From Clostridiales bacterium (lineage in GTDB: Bacteria; Bacillota; Clostridia; Lachnospirales; Lachnospiraceae): a DNA stretch of 64,000 nt. Where the stretch lies: assembly GCA_018366495.1 (NCBI GenBank), contig JAGZHZ010000003.1, forward strand, positions 32,611-96,610, written 5' to 3'. Both the position numbers and the translations under genes were made by a program. Every line of letters starts with the position of its first letter. Within the stretch, counting starts at the first letter, position 1. Positions 39,614 through 49,225 of this stretch are shown here, one piece after another. The notes under the pieces were generated by a model. The model made no database searches and was not told where the DNA came from. It worked only from the letters and a program-made list of their open reading frames with translations.

Positions 39614-41455
39614 TTATGCTGTTTTCTTCTTCTCAAAGAAAACCCGATACCATACCAAAAAGGCATAGACTACCCAAATTTTTCTGCTGTTGTCATCTCT
39701 TCCCGCTTTATGATCATCTAGAAGTTTTACCAGCTCTTCTGTGTTAAAAAACTTCTTTGCCAGATCACTTTCCAGCTCTGTCTTCATCAGATTATATCCT
39801 TCTTCATCCGCCAGCCATACACGGATCGGCACTGGGAATCCAAGTTTCTTTTTGTCTGATGTCTTCTGCGGCAAATGCAATTCTGCTGTTTTTCTGAAAA
39901 TATATTTTGTCACACGTTTTCTCTGTTTTGCCTTCGGCTGAAGCTGTCTTGCCAGCATAAATACTTCTTTGTCCAGGAATGGCACCCGCAATTCCAGAGA
40001 ATGTGCCATACTCATCTTGTCCGCTTTCTGGAGAATGTCTCCTGGAAGCCAGTTCTTTAAATCAATATACTGCATCTTGCTTGCATCGTTTAGATCAGAA
40101 ACTTTTGCATAACAGCTTTTTAAAACTTCCTGCGGTGACGGTGCATTTGTTGGATGTTTTAAAATTTTTCTTCTTTCTTCGTAAGAAAACATATTAGCAT
40201 TTCCAATAAAACGTTCTTCTACCGTCTTGCTTCCGCGAATTAAAAAGTTACGGCCTTTTACATGAGGACGCTTCTGAGCCCATGCGCCGATTTTCTTTCT
40301 CAGCCCCCGCGGCAGCATCTGATAATATTTCAGGGAATCCGGCTCCAGATAAATGTTATATCCTCCAAACAGCTCATCAGCACCTTCTCCTGATGTCACA
40401 ACCTTCACTTTCTTTGCTGCTTCCTGCGCAACAAAATACAGGGCAATCGCAGACGGATCTCCCGAAGGCTCGTCCAGATAATACATAACCTTTGGAATTG
40501 CATCCCAGTATTCCTCTCTGCTGATCAGTTTGGAATAATGTTCCAGTCCGAGATGTTCCGCCAGTTCTCTTGCATACGATGCCTCATTATATTTGCTTGT
40601 CTCACTGATAAATCCAACGGTAAACGTTTTTTCAGCTGAAAACTCGCTGACTACAAGACTGGAATCCACACCGCTTGACAAAAATCCTCCGACTTCTACA
40701 TCCGCAATCATATGAGCATTTACAGATTCCTGAATCACCTGATCCAGTTTTTTAATCAGTTCTTCATCAGACAGATTTAATTTTGGATCAAGTGTAGGAT
40801 CAAAATACTGTGTTTTATAAACTTTTCCATCTGTAAAACGCAGGAAATGACCTGGATCCAGTTTAAAAATACCCTTGAAAAAAGTTTCATTCATCACAGA
40901 ATATTGAAAAGAAAGATAATGTTCCAAAGCTTCTTCGTTCAATTCTTTTTTGTATCCAGGATATTCCAGAATGCTTTTGATCTCAGATCCAAATACAAAC
41001 ACTCCGTCCACAATCGTATAATAAAATGGCTTGATTCCAAAGAAATCGCGTGCTGCAAAAATTTCTTTTTTTACATTGTCCCAGATTAAAAATGCAAACA
41101 TTCCACGCACACGGTCTAACAGTTTTTCTCCCCACTCTTCATATCCATGAAGCAGTACTTCAGAATCTGTATGTGTTTTAAAAATATGTCCATGATCCAC
41201 AAGTTCTTTTCTCAGTTCCTGAAAGTTATAAATTTCTCCGTTAAACACCAGCGCCATTTCACCTGTTTCATTTACCATAGGCTGAGAACCATTTTCCAGA
41301 TCAATAATGCTTAGTCTGCGAAATCCAAGCGCTGCTTCTTCTGTAATATACTGATCGGCTGAATCAGGACCTCTATGGATGATTGCATTCATCATATTTG
41401 TCAAGATCTCACTCTGATTCTGTCTTTTCCCGATAAATCCACAAATACCACACAT
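39614..41455 (-). CDS. asnB: Asparagine synthase (glutamine-hydrolysing)
   Basis: Starts MCGICGF (catalytic Cys2 of a class-II glutamine amidotransferase) and has the SGGVDSS PP-loop. ATG at 41453..41455. Confidence 0.85.
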   Translation of the reverse strand: MCGICGFIGKRQNQSEILTNMMNAIIHRGPDSADQYITEEAALGFRRLSIIDLENGSQPMVNETGEMALVFNGEIYNFQELRKELVDHGHIFKTHTDSEVLLHGYEEWGEKLLDRVRGMFAFLIWDNVKKEIFAARDFFGIKPFYYTIVDGVFVFGSEIKSILEYPGYKKELNEEALEHYLSFQYSVMNETFFKGIFKLDPGHFLRFTDGKVYKTQYFDPTLDPKLNLSDEELIKKLDQVIQESVNAHMIADVEVGGFLSSGVDSSLVVSEFSAEKTFTVGFISETSKYNEASYARELAEHLGLEHYSKLISREEYWDAIPKVMYYLDEPSGDPSAIALYFVAQEAAKKVKVVTSGEGADELFGGYNIYLEPDSLKYYQMLPRGLRKKIGAWAQKRPHVKGRNFLIRGSKTVEERFIGNANMFSYEERRKILKHPTNAPSPQEVLKSCYAKVSDLNDASKMQYIDLKNWLPGDILQKADKMSMAHSLELRVPFLDKEVFMLARQLQPKAKQRKRVTKYIFRKTAELHLPQKTSDKKKLGFPVPIRVWLADEEGYNLMKTELESDLAKKFFNTEELVKLLDDHKAGRDDNSRKIWVVYAFLVWYRVFFEKKKTA

Positions 41456-41562
41456 AATTCGTTCCTCATTTCTTCTTATGTTTATGTAGGAAAGCCGCCC
41501 GTGAAAACAGATCAATCTGTTTTCTTTGCAGCCTCTCGGTCTTTGTTGTCCATAACTTCTTC

Positions 41563-41592
41563 ATTATACACTATATTTTTATTGATGTCACG
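41563..41592 (-). promoter_or_regulatory. Putative asnB promoter (GTGACA-18-TATAAT)
   Basis: Hexamers at complement 41587..41592 and 41563..41568, about 110 nt upstream of the asnB ATG. Confidence 0.35.
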
Positions 41593-41684
41593 ATGAAAAT
41601 AGCCCCTTAAAGCTGTTTTCTTTTGTTAGTATATCACAAAAAATGTGAAATATACAGCCATTATTTTTATCACAAATATAAAAA

Positions 41685-41710
41685 CAGGATAGGGCTTACA
41701 CCCTATCCTG
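41685..41710 (-). terminator. Intrinsic terminator after SH3-domain protein gene
   Basis: CAGGATAGGG-CTTACA-CCCTATCCTG hairpin followed by TTTTTATATTT on the minus strand. Confidence 0.55.
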
Positions 41711-41716
41711 CTATAT

Positions 41717-42688
41717 TTACTGTGCTGATAAAAATTCTGTCATGACATATCCTGTCACTCCATCAATCTCAATCTTAGACCATCCATTTCCAGCGTCACC
41801 TAAGACGGTCACTTCATCTCCCTGGGCAAGCATCGTTAAAACTTCAGAGTCTGTGTTTGCCTCGGCACGCACATTGATATCTTCTTCATTTGCATACATC
41901 TTGACTGCTTCATTCTGCTGCGACTGTGTCTCTTCTGTATTTTCACCTTCTGCGGAAGCCATCTGCTGCAGCCAGTTCTTTACACTCTCATCGGAATCTT
42001 TCAGTTCTTTTGTCTTTGTTTTTGTCTTGTCAATAATCTCAACAATTTCTTTTTTCTCCGAAAATTCCTGTACTGCTTTCTTTGTCTCCTCATCCTCGTT
42101 CGGATCAGCGATATAGAGAAATCCTTCTTCATCCGTTCTCATATACAGCAATGCCAGCTGCGGAATCATCGGTTCAATATCTTTAATCTTCTGCTCATAA
42201 TAGACACAGACCAGATAAGAATCCTCTTTCGGTCCCGCCTCAGAGTAAGTCTCCAGATTATTGTAGCTTTCGATTGAAGCATTATTCAGTTCATTTTCCA
42301 TCTCTTCCGTATATGGATTTACAATCTGCTGCAATGTCACTGTGTCATGCTCCTGGTGTGCTTTATAATATTTCTGCACAATCGCTAAAATTGCCGGATC
42401 GTTCTTTTTCAGCTCTCCATCTGCCGTTGTCTGCTCTGTCTGTGATTGCTCTGTTTCTTTGTTCTTTTCCCCATCGTCTGAAGTTTGAGACTGCTTTTCT
42501 GTCACTTGCACATTTTCATCTTTCGGATCTTTTCCCCCTACCGTATCTTTTATCCAACGTGCCGCAAAGATTACTATCACAAGAACCAGAATGCCTGCCA
42601 AACCAAGTAAGATATATCTTAGATTATCCGAAATCCATTCTCTGAAATTATCCACTTTGGTTACCTCCTTTTCTGTTTGATGTTTCAT
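41717..42688 (-). CDS. Membrane-anchored protein with acidic low-complexity linker and C-terminal SH3b domain
   Basis: Single TM (ILLGLAGILVLVIVIFAA). C-terminal NVRAEANTDSEVLTMLAQGDEVTVLGDAGNGWSKIEIDGVTGYV matches bacterial SH3. Start moved to ATG at 42686..42688 because the ORF-track start overlaps tRNA-Arg. Confidence 0.5.
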   Translation of the reverse strand: MKHQTEKEVTKVDNFREWISDNLRYILLGLAGILVLVIVIFAARWIKDTVGGKDPKDENVQVTEKQSQTSDDGEKNKETEQSQTEQTTADGELKKNDPAILAIVQKYYKAHQEHDTVTLQQIVNPYTEEMENELNNASIESYNNLETYSEAGPKEDSYLVCVYYEQKIKDIEPMIPQLALLYMRTDEEGFLYIADPNEDEETKKAVQEFSEKKEIVEIIDKTKTKTKELKDSDESVKNWLQQMASAEGENTEETQSQQNEAVKMYANEEDINVRAEANTDSEVLTMLAQGDEVTVLGDAGNGWSKIEIDGVTGYVMTEFLSAQ

Positions 42689-42731
42689 TTCTTTTTCTAT
42701 TGTCAGACAATTCAAATAGATAAAAGAAAAA

Positions 42732-42804
42732 CACACCCGGAGGGATTCGAACCCCCGACACGTGGTACCGGAAACCACTGCTCTATCCCCTGAGCTACGA
42801 GTGC
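42732..42804 (-). tRNA. tRNA-Arg (anticodon CCG)
   Basis: Cloverleaf: D-arm GCTC/GAGC, anticodon stem GTGGT/ACCAC with loop TTCCGGT, T-loop TTCGAAT. Two G-U pairs in the acceptor stem. Confidence 0.75.
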
Positions 42805-43060
42805 GTATACGTCCATTGCCTATTCATCTTTACGCTGTTTGGGCATATCACATAAACTCCTGTATTCTGTCTCTCTCTTCCGGTCATCAAAAGATTGTCT
42901 CTCTTCATATTTCAAGCTGCAATCTCTTCTCAAGCAGAACTGTGCCAAACAACGATAGTATGATATCACATCTCATAAGCTTTGTCAATTTTTTTCCCTT
43001 CTATTTGTATATTTTACCACGAAACAGGCATAAATTTCTTCTCTTCTGACCTATCAAAAA

Positions 43061-43120
43061 AATGACAGAATCCGCAGATCTGTACTGATTTATGTCCGTC
43101 TTGTCTGTGGTCTGTCATTT
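43061..43120 (-). terminator. Long-stem intrinsic terminator after hypothetical gene
   Basis: AAATGACAGA...TCTGTCATTT outer stem with a structured interior, followed by a T7 run on the minus strand. Confidence 0.5.
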
Positions 43121-43130
43121 TCTGTATTAC

Positions 43131-44087
43131 TTATATCATGATTTCTGCCTCTAAAAAAGGATACTCTTCCTCATTCTCCAGAACCATGCTCAGTCGATGA
43201 TACTTTCTTTCATACTGATAAATCTGATCAGAAAGCACTTCCTCCGGCTGTACCTGAGTTTCATTAATCTCCCGCACCATAAATTTAATTTCTTCTGCAT
43301 CAAATTCCTCTCTTTTTGGAATAATAATGCATTCATGTATACTGCTTGGCAGTATATAATAATCTTCCTCCAATTTCTCCCCCACATGATTGAGAATGGA
43401 ATCATAGATGATACAGACTGCTCCCAGATTTTTCTCACGGTTTGTCAACACATACATTGGCATCGTCTCATCTGTCTCCTGAAATTCCTGTACAGACAGT
43501 ATTCCCTCTTCATCTTCTGAATAATTCTGCAAAAGATCGATCATATCCAGCAATTCATAGGAAAACCTTTCCTTTGTATTTTCCCTTGCAATGTGAATCA
43601 GTTCTTCTGCTGTGACATTCCAAAATTTCAGATGATTATTGCGAATCAGAATCATCCCTTCTCCCATCGCTCCGTCGCTGACAGGATAATACGCTACAAT
43701 TGCCAAATCCAGATATCTAAGATGCGGAATGTCTCTGAGCAGTTCTCTATTTCTTTCATAATTGATTACCTTGCAGGACACACGTCTCCATATATTTGAA
43801 AAATCACAATAAAAAGCTGGATCAATCGGCCTTTCTATGCGGTATCTCTCATACAGTTCTTTGATCTGCTGTGCAATTTCCTTTATGGCTCTCCCTTCTT
43901 GATAATTTTCGTAAAAACTATTCAGATAGATCGTCGGTGAAACGTTCTCTCCCTCTCTCCATATCGAGATGCCATCGAGACAGATCCCATTATTTTTCTG
44001 TACCTTATGAATTTTCATGCAGGTCTCCTCGCCCATCTTCTTTTGCAGCTCTTCTCTTAATTTCTCTATAAATTCTTGATATTCCAT
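43131..44087 (-). CDS. Conserved hypothetical cytoplasmic protein (Clostridia-type, function unknown)
   Basis: 318 aa from MEYQEFIEKLREEL. ATG at 44085..44087 with AAAGGAAGGAA RBS. The ORF-track start at 44171 adds 28 codons with a weaker RBS. Confidence 0.45.
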   Translation of the reverse strand: MEYQEFIEKLREELQKKMGEETCMKIHKVQKNNGICLDGISIWREGENVSPTIYLNSFYENYQEGRAIKEIAQQIKELYERYRIERPIDPAFYCDFSNIWRRVSCKVINYERNRELLRDIPHLRYLDLAIVAYYPVSDGAMGEGMILIRNNHLKFWNVTAEELIHIARENTKERFSYELLDMIDLLQNYSEDEEGILSVQEFQETDETMPMYVLTNREKNLGAVCIIYDSILNHVGEKLEEDYYILPSSIHECIIIPKREEFDAEEIKFMVREINETQVQPEEVLSDQIYQYERKYHRLSMVLENEEEYPFLEAEIMI

Positions 44088-44272
44088 GATTCCTTCCTTT
44101 CTTCCCCGGCTGCTTTGGGCATTAAAAACGGCCAGAACTTTTATTTTCTGCTCTCTGCAGCCATGCTTCACCCTATTGCTGAATTAACATTCTCTTTTTA
44201 CCTGTCTGTTATTGTGGAAAACTTGTGCGATCTGCACTTTGAAATGTATCTTTTAGATTTTTTATATCACTT

Positions 44273-44301
44273 ATTATATCATGTTCTTTTTCAGATTGCA
44301 A
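44273..44301 (-). promoter_or_regulatory. Strong sigma-A promoter candidate (TTGCAA-17-TATAAT with TG extension)
   Basis: -35 at complement 44296..44301 and TGaTATAAT at complement 44273..44281. This leaves a ~180-nt leader before the 44087 ATG. Confidence 0.5.
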
Positions 44302-44320
44302 GCTTTTTTCATTAAAAAAA

Positions 44321-44348
44321 GCCACTATTCTCTTAAAAGAATAATGGC
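44321..44348. terminator. Bidirectional terminator downstream of efp
   Basis: GCCACTATTC-...-GAATAATGGC hairpin flanked by an A7 run and a T7 run. Confidence 0.55.
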
Positions 44349-44381
44349 TTTTTTTCTTAAAAACACCTGTCACAGATGAAA

Positions 44382-44939
44382 TTAAACACGGGACAGATAT
44401 TCTCCTGTTCTTGTGTCAATTTTGATCTTATCGCCTGTCTCTACAAACAGAGGTACATATACGGTTGCCCCTGTCTCCACTGTTGCAGGTTTTGTAGCGC
44501 CCTGAGCAGTGTCTCCTTTAAATCCAGGTTCTGTGTTGCTGATCTCCAGCTCTACGAATAATGGTGGCTCTACTGCAAATACGTTTCCGTTATGAGAACA
44601 CATTTTTACCATTTCATTCTCTTTTACAAATTTCAGTGCATCGCCAATTGTCTCTTCGTTCAGAGCAATCTGATCGTATGTCTCTACATTCATGAAATGG
44701 TATAAATCACCATCAGAATATAAGTACTGCATATCTACTCTCTCGATACGAGCCTGTGGAAATTTCTCTGTCGGTCTGAAAGTCTTTTCAACTACACCGC
44801 CATTGATAATATTTTTTAATTTTGTTCTCACGAATGCAGCACCTTTTCCCGGTTTTACATGCTGGAATTCAATAATCTGGAAAATTCCATTATCCATTTC
44901 CAATGTGATGCCGTTTCTAAAATCTCCTGCTGATATCAT
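44382..44939 (-). CDS. efp: Translation elongation factor P
   Basis: 185 aa. [43 protein letters not shown] is the canonical EF-P N-terminus with the KPGKG loop. Confidence 0.95.
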   Translation of the reverse strand: MISAGDFRNGITLEMDNGIFQIIEFQHVKPGKGAAFVRTKLKNIINGGVVEKTFRPTEKFPQARIERVDMQYLYSDGDLYHFMNVETYDQIALNEETIGDALKFVKENEMVKMCSHNGNVFAVEPPLFVELEISNTEPGFKGDTAQGATKPATVETGATVYVPLFVETGDKIKIDTRTGEYLSRV

Positions 44940-45036
44940 TCTTGATATTCCTCCTTAAATTTTGCACATATAGGAAAAGTAATTCCCATAATTTCTTTCA
45001 TTTTATAATAAAATCTGCACTTTTTCAACTCTTTTT

Positions 45037-46107
45037 TTACAGTTCAATCAACTCTTTTTTAGAATGTGCAAAATTTTTATGTCCGTCTTTTGTGACAACG
45101 ACCATATCCTCTATACGCACACCGCCAAATTCAGGCAGATAGATTCCTGGTTCTACCGTCTCAATCATATTTTCCTGCAGAACAGTTGTTCCTTTCGGTG
45201 CCAGACGAGGATCTTCATGGATATACAGTCCTACGCTGTGGCCAAGTCCATGTCCAAAATACTCTCCATATCCTGCCTTTGTGATGATATCACGTGCCAC
45301 CTGATCCACTTCTCTTCCTGTCAGCCCTGCTCTTAAAACATCCAGCGCCGCAAGCTGTGCCTCTAAGACAACACCATAGATCTCTTTTTGTTTGTCAGAC
45401 GCCTTTCCAATCACAATTGTTCTTGTCATGTCAGAACAGTATCCATCATACTTACATCCAAAATCCATTGTCACAAAATCCCCGACTTCCACTTTTTTGT
45501 CGCTTGGAATCGCATGAGGCATTGCACTGTGAATGCCAGACGCCACAATCGTGTCAAAACTTGTGCCGGAAGCTCCATGCTGTTTCATACAATATTCAAT
45601 CTCAGCTGCAATCGCAAGTTCTGTCATTCCTGGCTTAATCACGTTCAAAATATGAGAAAATGCCGCATCACCGATTGCCTCTGCCTTTTCCAGACGTTCC
45701 AGTTCCCATGCTTCTTTGATAACACGCAGATTATTCAGGCTCTCCCCAAGCTCTGTCCAGATTTTTCCCGGAATCTGCTTTGTCCATCTGTCATATGCGG
45801 CATATCCGATATGCTGATCTTCAAATCCCACTCTCTCGATTCCGTCTTCTTCCATCAGCTGTCTCAAAAGCTGTTCGTATCCGCACACATTACTGATCTC
45901 AAACACTTCAAAATCTTCTGCTTCTCTTTTTGCCTGTGTTGTATATCTGGAGTCTGTCAGAATAGCCTGACGTTTCTTTGTCAGATACAGATATCCCTCT
46001 CCACGAAACTGGCTGATATAACGCATATTGTATTCATCTGATACAATCATCGCCTCCACATTGTTCTGTTCCATAACTGCTGTTAATTTTTCTCTATTAT
46101 ATCTCAT
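45037..46107 (-). CDS. M24-family Xaa-Pro aminopeptidase/dipeptidase (YqhT-like)
   Basis: M24B metal-ligand pattern (DFGCKYDGYCSDMTRT, HGLGHSVGLYIHE, IEDMV). Conserved yqhT-efp synteny. Confidence 0.8.
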   Translation of the reverse strand: MRYNREKLTAVMEQNNVEAMIVSDEYNMRYISQFRGEGYLYLTKKRQAILTDSRYTTQAKREAEDFEVFEISNVCGYEQLLRQLMEEDGIERVGFEDQHIGYAAYDRWTKQIPGKIWTELGESLNNLRVIKEAWELERLEKAEAIGDAAFSHILNVIKPGMTELAIAAEIEYCMKQHGASGTSFDTIVASGIHSAMPHAIPSDKKVEVGDFVTMDFGCKYDGYCSDMTRTIVIGKASDKQKEIYGVVLEAQLAALDVLRAGLTGREVDQVARDIITKAGYGEYFGHGLGHSVGLYIHEDPRLAPKGTTVLQENMIETVEPGIYLPEFGGVRIEDMVVVTKDGHKNFAHSKKELIEL

Positions 46108-46600
46108 TTTTTATATCCTCTATGATTTCTTCAAAATTTTTCTGATCTGTCTGTATATGACAGTCTGCTGCTTTATCATATGCTGTTTTTCTCTGTTCCA
46201 TCAACATATGAATTTTTTCTCTCAGGTCTCCGCCTTTGAGCATCGGTCTTGTTGTATCTCCTTCCAGCCTCTCTATCAGCGTCTTTTCAGATGCTTCCAG
46301 AAAAACAACGGTTCCCAGCTCTTTTAAATAAGGCTGGTTTCTCTCCTGAACAGGAAGTCCGCCCCCTACGGAAATTACCTTTCGTTCTTCATCTTTTAAC
46401 AAATTTTTTAATGTCTCTGTCTCCAGTTCACGAAAATATACTTCCCCATATTTTTCAAAGATATCTGCAATTTTCATTCCAGATGTCTTCTCAATCTGTT
46501 CGTCCGTGTCCAGAAAAGACAGATTCAGCGTGTCTGCAAGCTTTTTTCCCACAGAAGTTTTTCCGCTGCCCATAAATCCGATCAAAATGATATGATTCAT
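46097..46600 (-). CDS. aroK: Shikimate kinase
   Basis: P-loop GFMGSGKTSVGK. 167 aa. Confidence 0.85.
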   Translation of the reverse strand: MNHIILIGFMGSGKTSVGKKLADTLNLSFLDTDEQIEKTSGMKIADIFEKYGEVYFRELETETLKNLLKDEERKVISVGGGLPVQERNQPYLKELGTVVFLEASEKTLIERLEGDTTRPMLKGGDLREKIHMLMEQRKTAYDKAADCHIQTDQKNFEEIIEDIKNEI

Positions 46601-47103
46601 TTTTTTCTTCCTTTCTTTTTTCTGTAAAAGTGAAGCACGATTTTTTCCAGATACCGTTTCAGCACAATCTGGATTTCCTCTTTTGGATGAATCGGTTTTA
46701 CTAAAATAGTATGGATTCCAGCTCTCTTTGCTCCATAGATATCGGTAAAAAGCTGATCCCCGATAAATACTGTATTTTTCGTATCTGTTCCTAAAATCTG
46801 CATTGCACGAATATAGTTTTTTCTGCTTGGCTTATGCGCATCCTCAATAAAATTCACCTGAATATCCTGGTTGAACATCTCTACGCGCTCTTTTTTATTG
46901 TTTGAAATCAGGCAGCACCGATATCCTGTCTTTTTTAATTTTTCAAACAGAGCCATCGCTCGTTCATCTGCCTTCTCTCCGTGCGGCACAAGTGTGTTGT
47001 CAATATCAAACAAAATTCCCCGATATCCCTGCCGGTAAAGTTTTTCAAAGTCTATCTGATACGTGGAATCCGCATCTTCATCTGGAAAAAATTGGTCAAA
47101 CAT
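46597..47103 (-). CDS. yqeG: YqeG-family HAD-IIIA phosphatase
   Basis: ILFDIDNTL motif I and GDQLFTD motif IV. 168 aa. Confidence 0.8.
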   Translation of the reverse strand: MFDQFFPDEDADSTYQIDFEKLYRQGYRGILFDIDNTLVPHGEKADERAMALFEKLKKTGYRCCLISNNKKERVEMFNQDIQVNFIEDAHKPSRKNYIRAMQILGTDTKNTVFIGDQLFTDIYGAKRAGIHTILVKPIHPKEEIQIVLKRYLEKIVLHFYRKKKGRKK

Positions 47104-47974
47104 CTCCGTCTCCTTTATGCTCCTTTTCCCTCATATATGCAAGAAGCTTGCTGTACATCTCTTTCATTGTGTCATATCCGTCCTGATAAAAAGCTTCCAA
47201 TCGCTCTTGATCATGCTCCAGTCTTTTGATTGCTTCTGTCCGCGGACGAATCACAAAAATTTTTCCCTCCGCTTCCAGTTTTTCAATCTGCTCCATCGTT
47301 CGATTGTAAATCTTGGCGCGCAGGCACATCGTTCTGGCCAGATTTGGATATTTTCTCATCACAAATTGATAACAGCGCATCGCCCGCTTTGATGTATTTT
47401 TTCGATATCCTTTGTTTCTTGTCAGTATTACAACAATTTTTCGATATCCCTTTTCTAGAGCTCTTTTCACAGGGACAGAGTCTGCAATTCCACCGTCCAG
47501 ATATGGCTGATTGTCTACCTCCACGATCGGCAGCACCATAGGCATACTGCAAGAGGCGCGGCAAATCTCCATCAGTCTTTTCCTGTCCTGTTTTTCTGTC
47601 ATATACTCCGCCTGACCGCTCAGACAGTTTGTCACAACTGCCTCAAACTCCATCTCTGATGAAAAAAATGTATCATAGTCAAACGGAATAAGCGTATTGG
47701 CATAATCATCAAACAGACGATCCATATCAAACAGACTCTTTTTCTTCCACATCCCTTTTAAATCGAGACGCTCTTCTTTTTTATTCTGTCTGATCACACA
47801 TTCCTTTGTTCGCCCAATCTGTCTTGAAACGTAGTCCACGCCATTACATGCTCCCATTGAAACGCCTAATACGTACTGTGTATAAAATTCCTGCTCCATC
47901 AGATAATCCAGCACGCCCGAGGTAAAAATTCCTCTGTTTGCACCGCCCTCTAAAATCATCGCAGCTTTCTGCAT
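47096..47974 (-). CDS. Patatin-like phospholipase
   Basis: GGANRG oxyanion motif and GVSMGA (GxSxG) nucleophile. Confidence 0.75.
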   Translation of the reverse strand: MQKAAMILEGGANRGIFTSGVLDYLMEQEFYTQYVLGVSMGACNGVDYVSRQIGRTKECVIRQNKKEERLDLKGMWKKKSLFDMDRLFDDYANTLIPFDYDTFFSSEMEFEAVVTNCLSGQAEYMTEKQDRKRLMEICRASCSMPMVLPIVEVDNQPYLDGGIADSVPVKRALEKGYRKIVVILTRNKGYRKNTSKRAMRCYQFVMRKYPNLARTMCLRAKIYNRTMEQIEKLEAEGKIFVIRPRTEAIKRLEHDQERLEAFYQDGYDTMKEMYSKLLAYMREKEHKGDGDV

Positions 47975-47983
47975 GAATGCCTC

Positions 47984-49201
47984 CTATCTCTGTCTGTATT
48001 TGCTTAAAAAATATTCTAGTTTTTCCATTGCACATTCTAACTCTTCCAGTCTTGGCAGGTATACAATCCGGAAATGATCCGGATCTCTCCAGTTAAATCC
48101 TCTGCCATGAACCAGCAGTACCTTCTCCTGCTTCAAAAAATCCAGTACGAACTTTTCATCATCATAGATTCCAAAGCGCTCCGTGTCCAATTTTGGGAAA
48201 ATATAGAATGCTGCTTTCGGTTTTACTGCTGTAACTCCGGGAATATCATTGAGCGCCTTATAAACAAATTCTCTCTGCTCATAAATCCTTCCTCCTGGAA
48301 GTAACAGCTCATCTGCGCTTTGGTATCCTCCCAATGCTGTCTGAACAATCATCTGCGCCGGAACATTAGAACAAAGCCGCATGGATGAGAGCATATTCAG
48401 ACCTTCAATGTATCCTCTCGCCGCTCTCTTGTTTCCGCTCAGGCACATCCAGCCCACACGAAATCCGGCAACACGGTGCGACTTTGAAAGACCGTTCATC
48501 GTCACACAAAATACATCCGGTGCAAGCGATGCAATCGAAATATGTTTTTCTCCGTCCATCACCAGACGATCATAAATTTCATCTGCAAAGATGATCAGTC
48601 CATGTTCTCTTGCAATCTCCACAAGATCCAGAAGCACCTCCTTCGGGTACAAAGCTCCTGTAGGATTATTTGGGTTAATGATAACGATTCCTTTCGTCCT
48701 ATCTGTAATTTTGCTGCGGATATCCTCTATATCCGGATACCAGTCAGACTGCTCGTCACAGATATAATGAACAGGTTTTCCTCCTGCCAGATTGGCCGCC
48801 CCTGTCCAAAGCGGATAATCCGGAGATGGAATTAAAATTTCATCTCCGTCATTTAAAAGTCCCTGCATAGCCATCACAATCAGTTCACTGACACCATTTC
48901 CTGTATAGATATCGTTGATTCCAACATCAGGAATGCCCTTTAACTGGCAGTACTGCATAATCGCTTTTCTGGCAGGGAAAATCCCTTTTGAATCGGAATA
49001 CCCCTGGCAATCTCTTAAGTTGTGCATCATATCCAGAATGATCTCTTCCGGCGCCGAAAAACCAAATGGAGCTGGATTTCCGATATTCAGTTTTAAAATA
49101 TCAATGCCGCTTTCTATCATGCGGTCTGCTTCCTCCACAACAGGACCTCGTACATCATAACACACATTGTCAAGTTTTGCAGACTTCTCAAATTTTTTCA
49201 T
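47984..49201 (-). CDS. alaA: Class I/II aminotransferase, alanine aminotransferase (AlaA-type)
   Basis: KLDNVCYDVRGPV...ILKLNIGNPAPFGF closely matches the AlaA N-terminus. ATG at 49199..49201 with AAGGGGGG RBS. Confidence 0.75.
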   Translation of the reverse strand: MKKFEKSAKLDNVCYDVRGPVVEEADRMIESGIDILKLNIGNPAPFGFSAPEEIILDMMHNLRDCQGYSDSKGIFPARKAIMQYCQLKGIPDVGINDIYTGNGVSELIVMAMQGLLNDGDEILIPSPDYPLWTGAANLAGGKPVHYICDEQSDWYPDIEDIRSKITDRTKGIVIINPNNPTGALYPKEVLLDLVEIAREHGLIIFADEIYDRLVMDGEKHISIASLAPDVFCVTMNGLSKSHRVAGFRVGWMCLSGNKRAARGYIEGLNMLSSMRLCSNVPAQMIVQTALGGYQSADELLLPGGRIYEQREFVYKALNDIPGVTAVKPKAAFYIFPKLDTERFGIYDDEKFVLDFLKQEKVLLVHGRGFNWRDPDHFRIVYLPRLEELECAMEKLEYFLSKYRQR

Positions 49202-49225
49202 GCAAAACATCCCCCCTTTTTTGAT

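Noticed and set aside
42689-42778. N-terminal 30 codons of ORF 41717..42778
   Set aside because: They overlap tRNA-Arg (42732..42804). The start was moved to the ATG at 42688.
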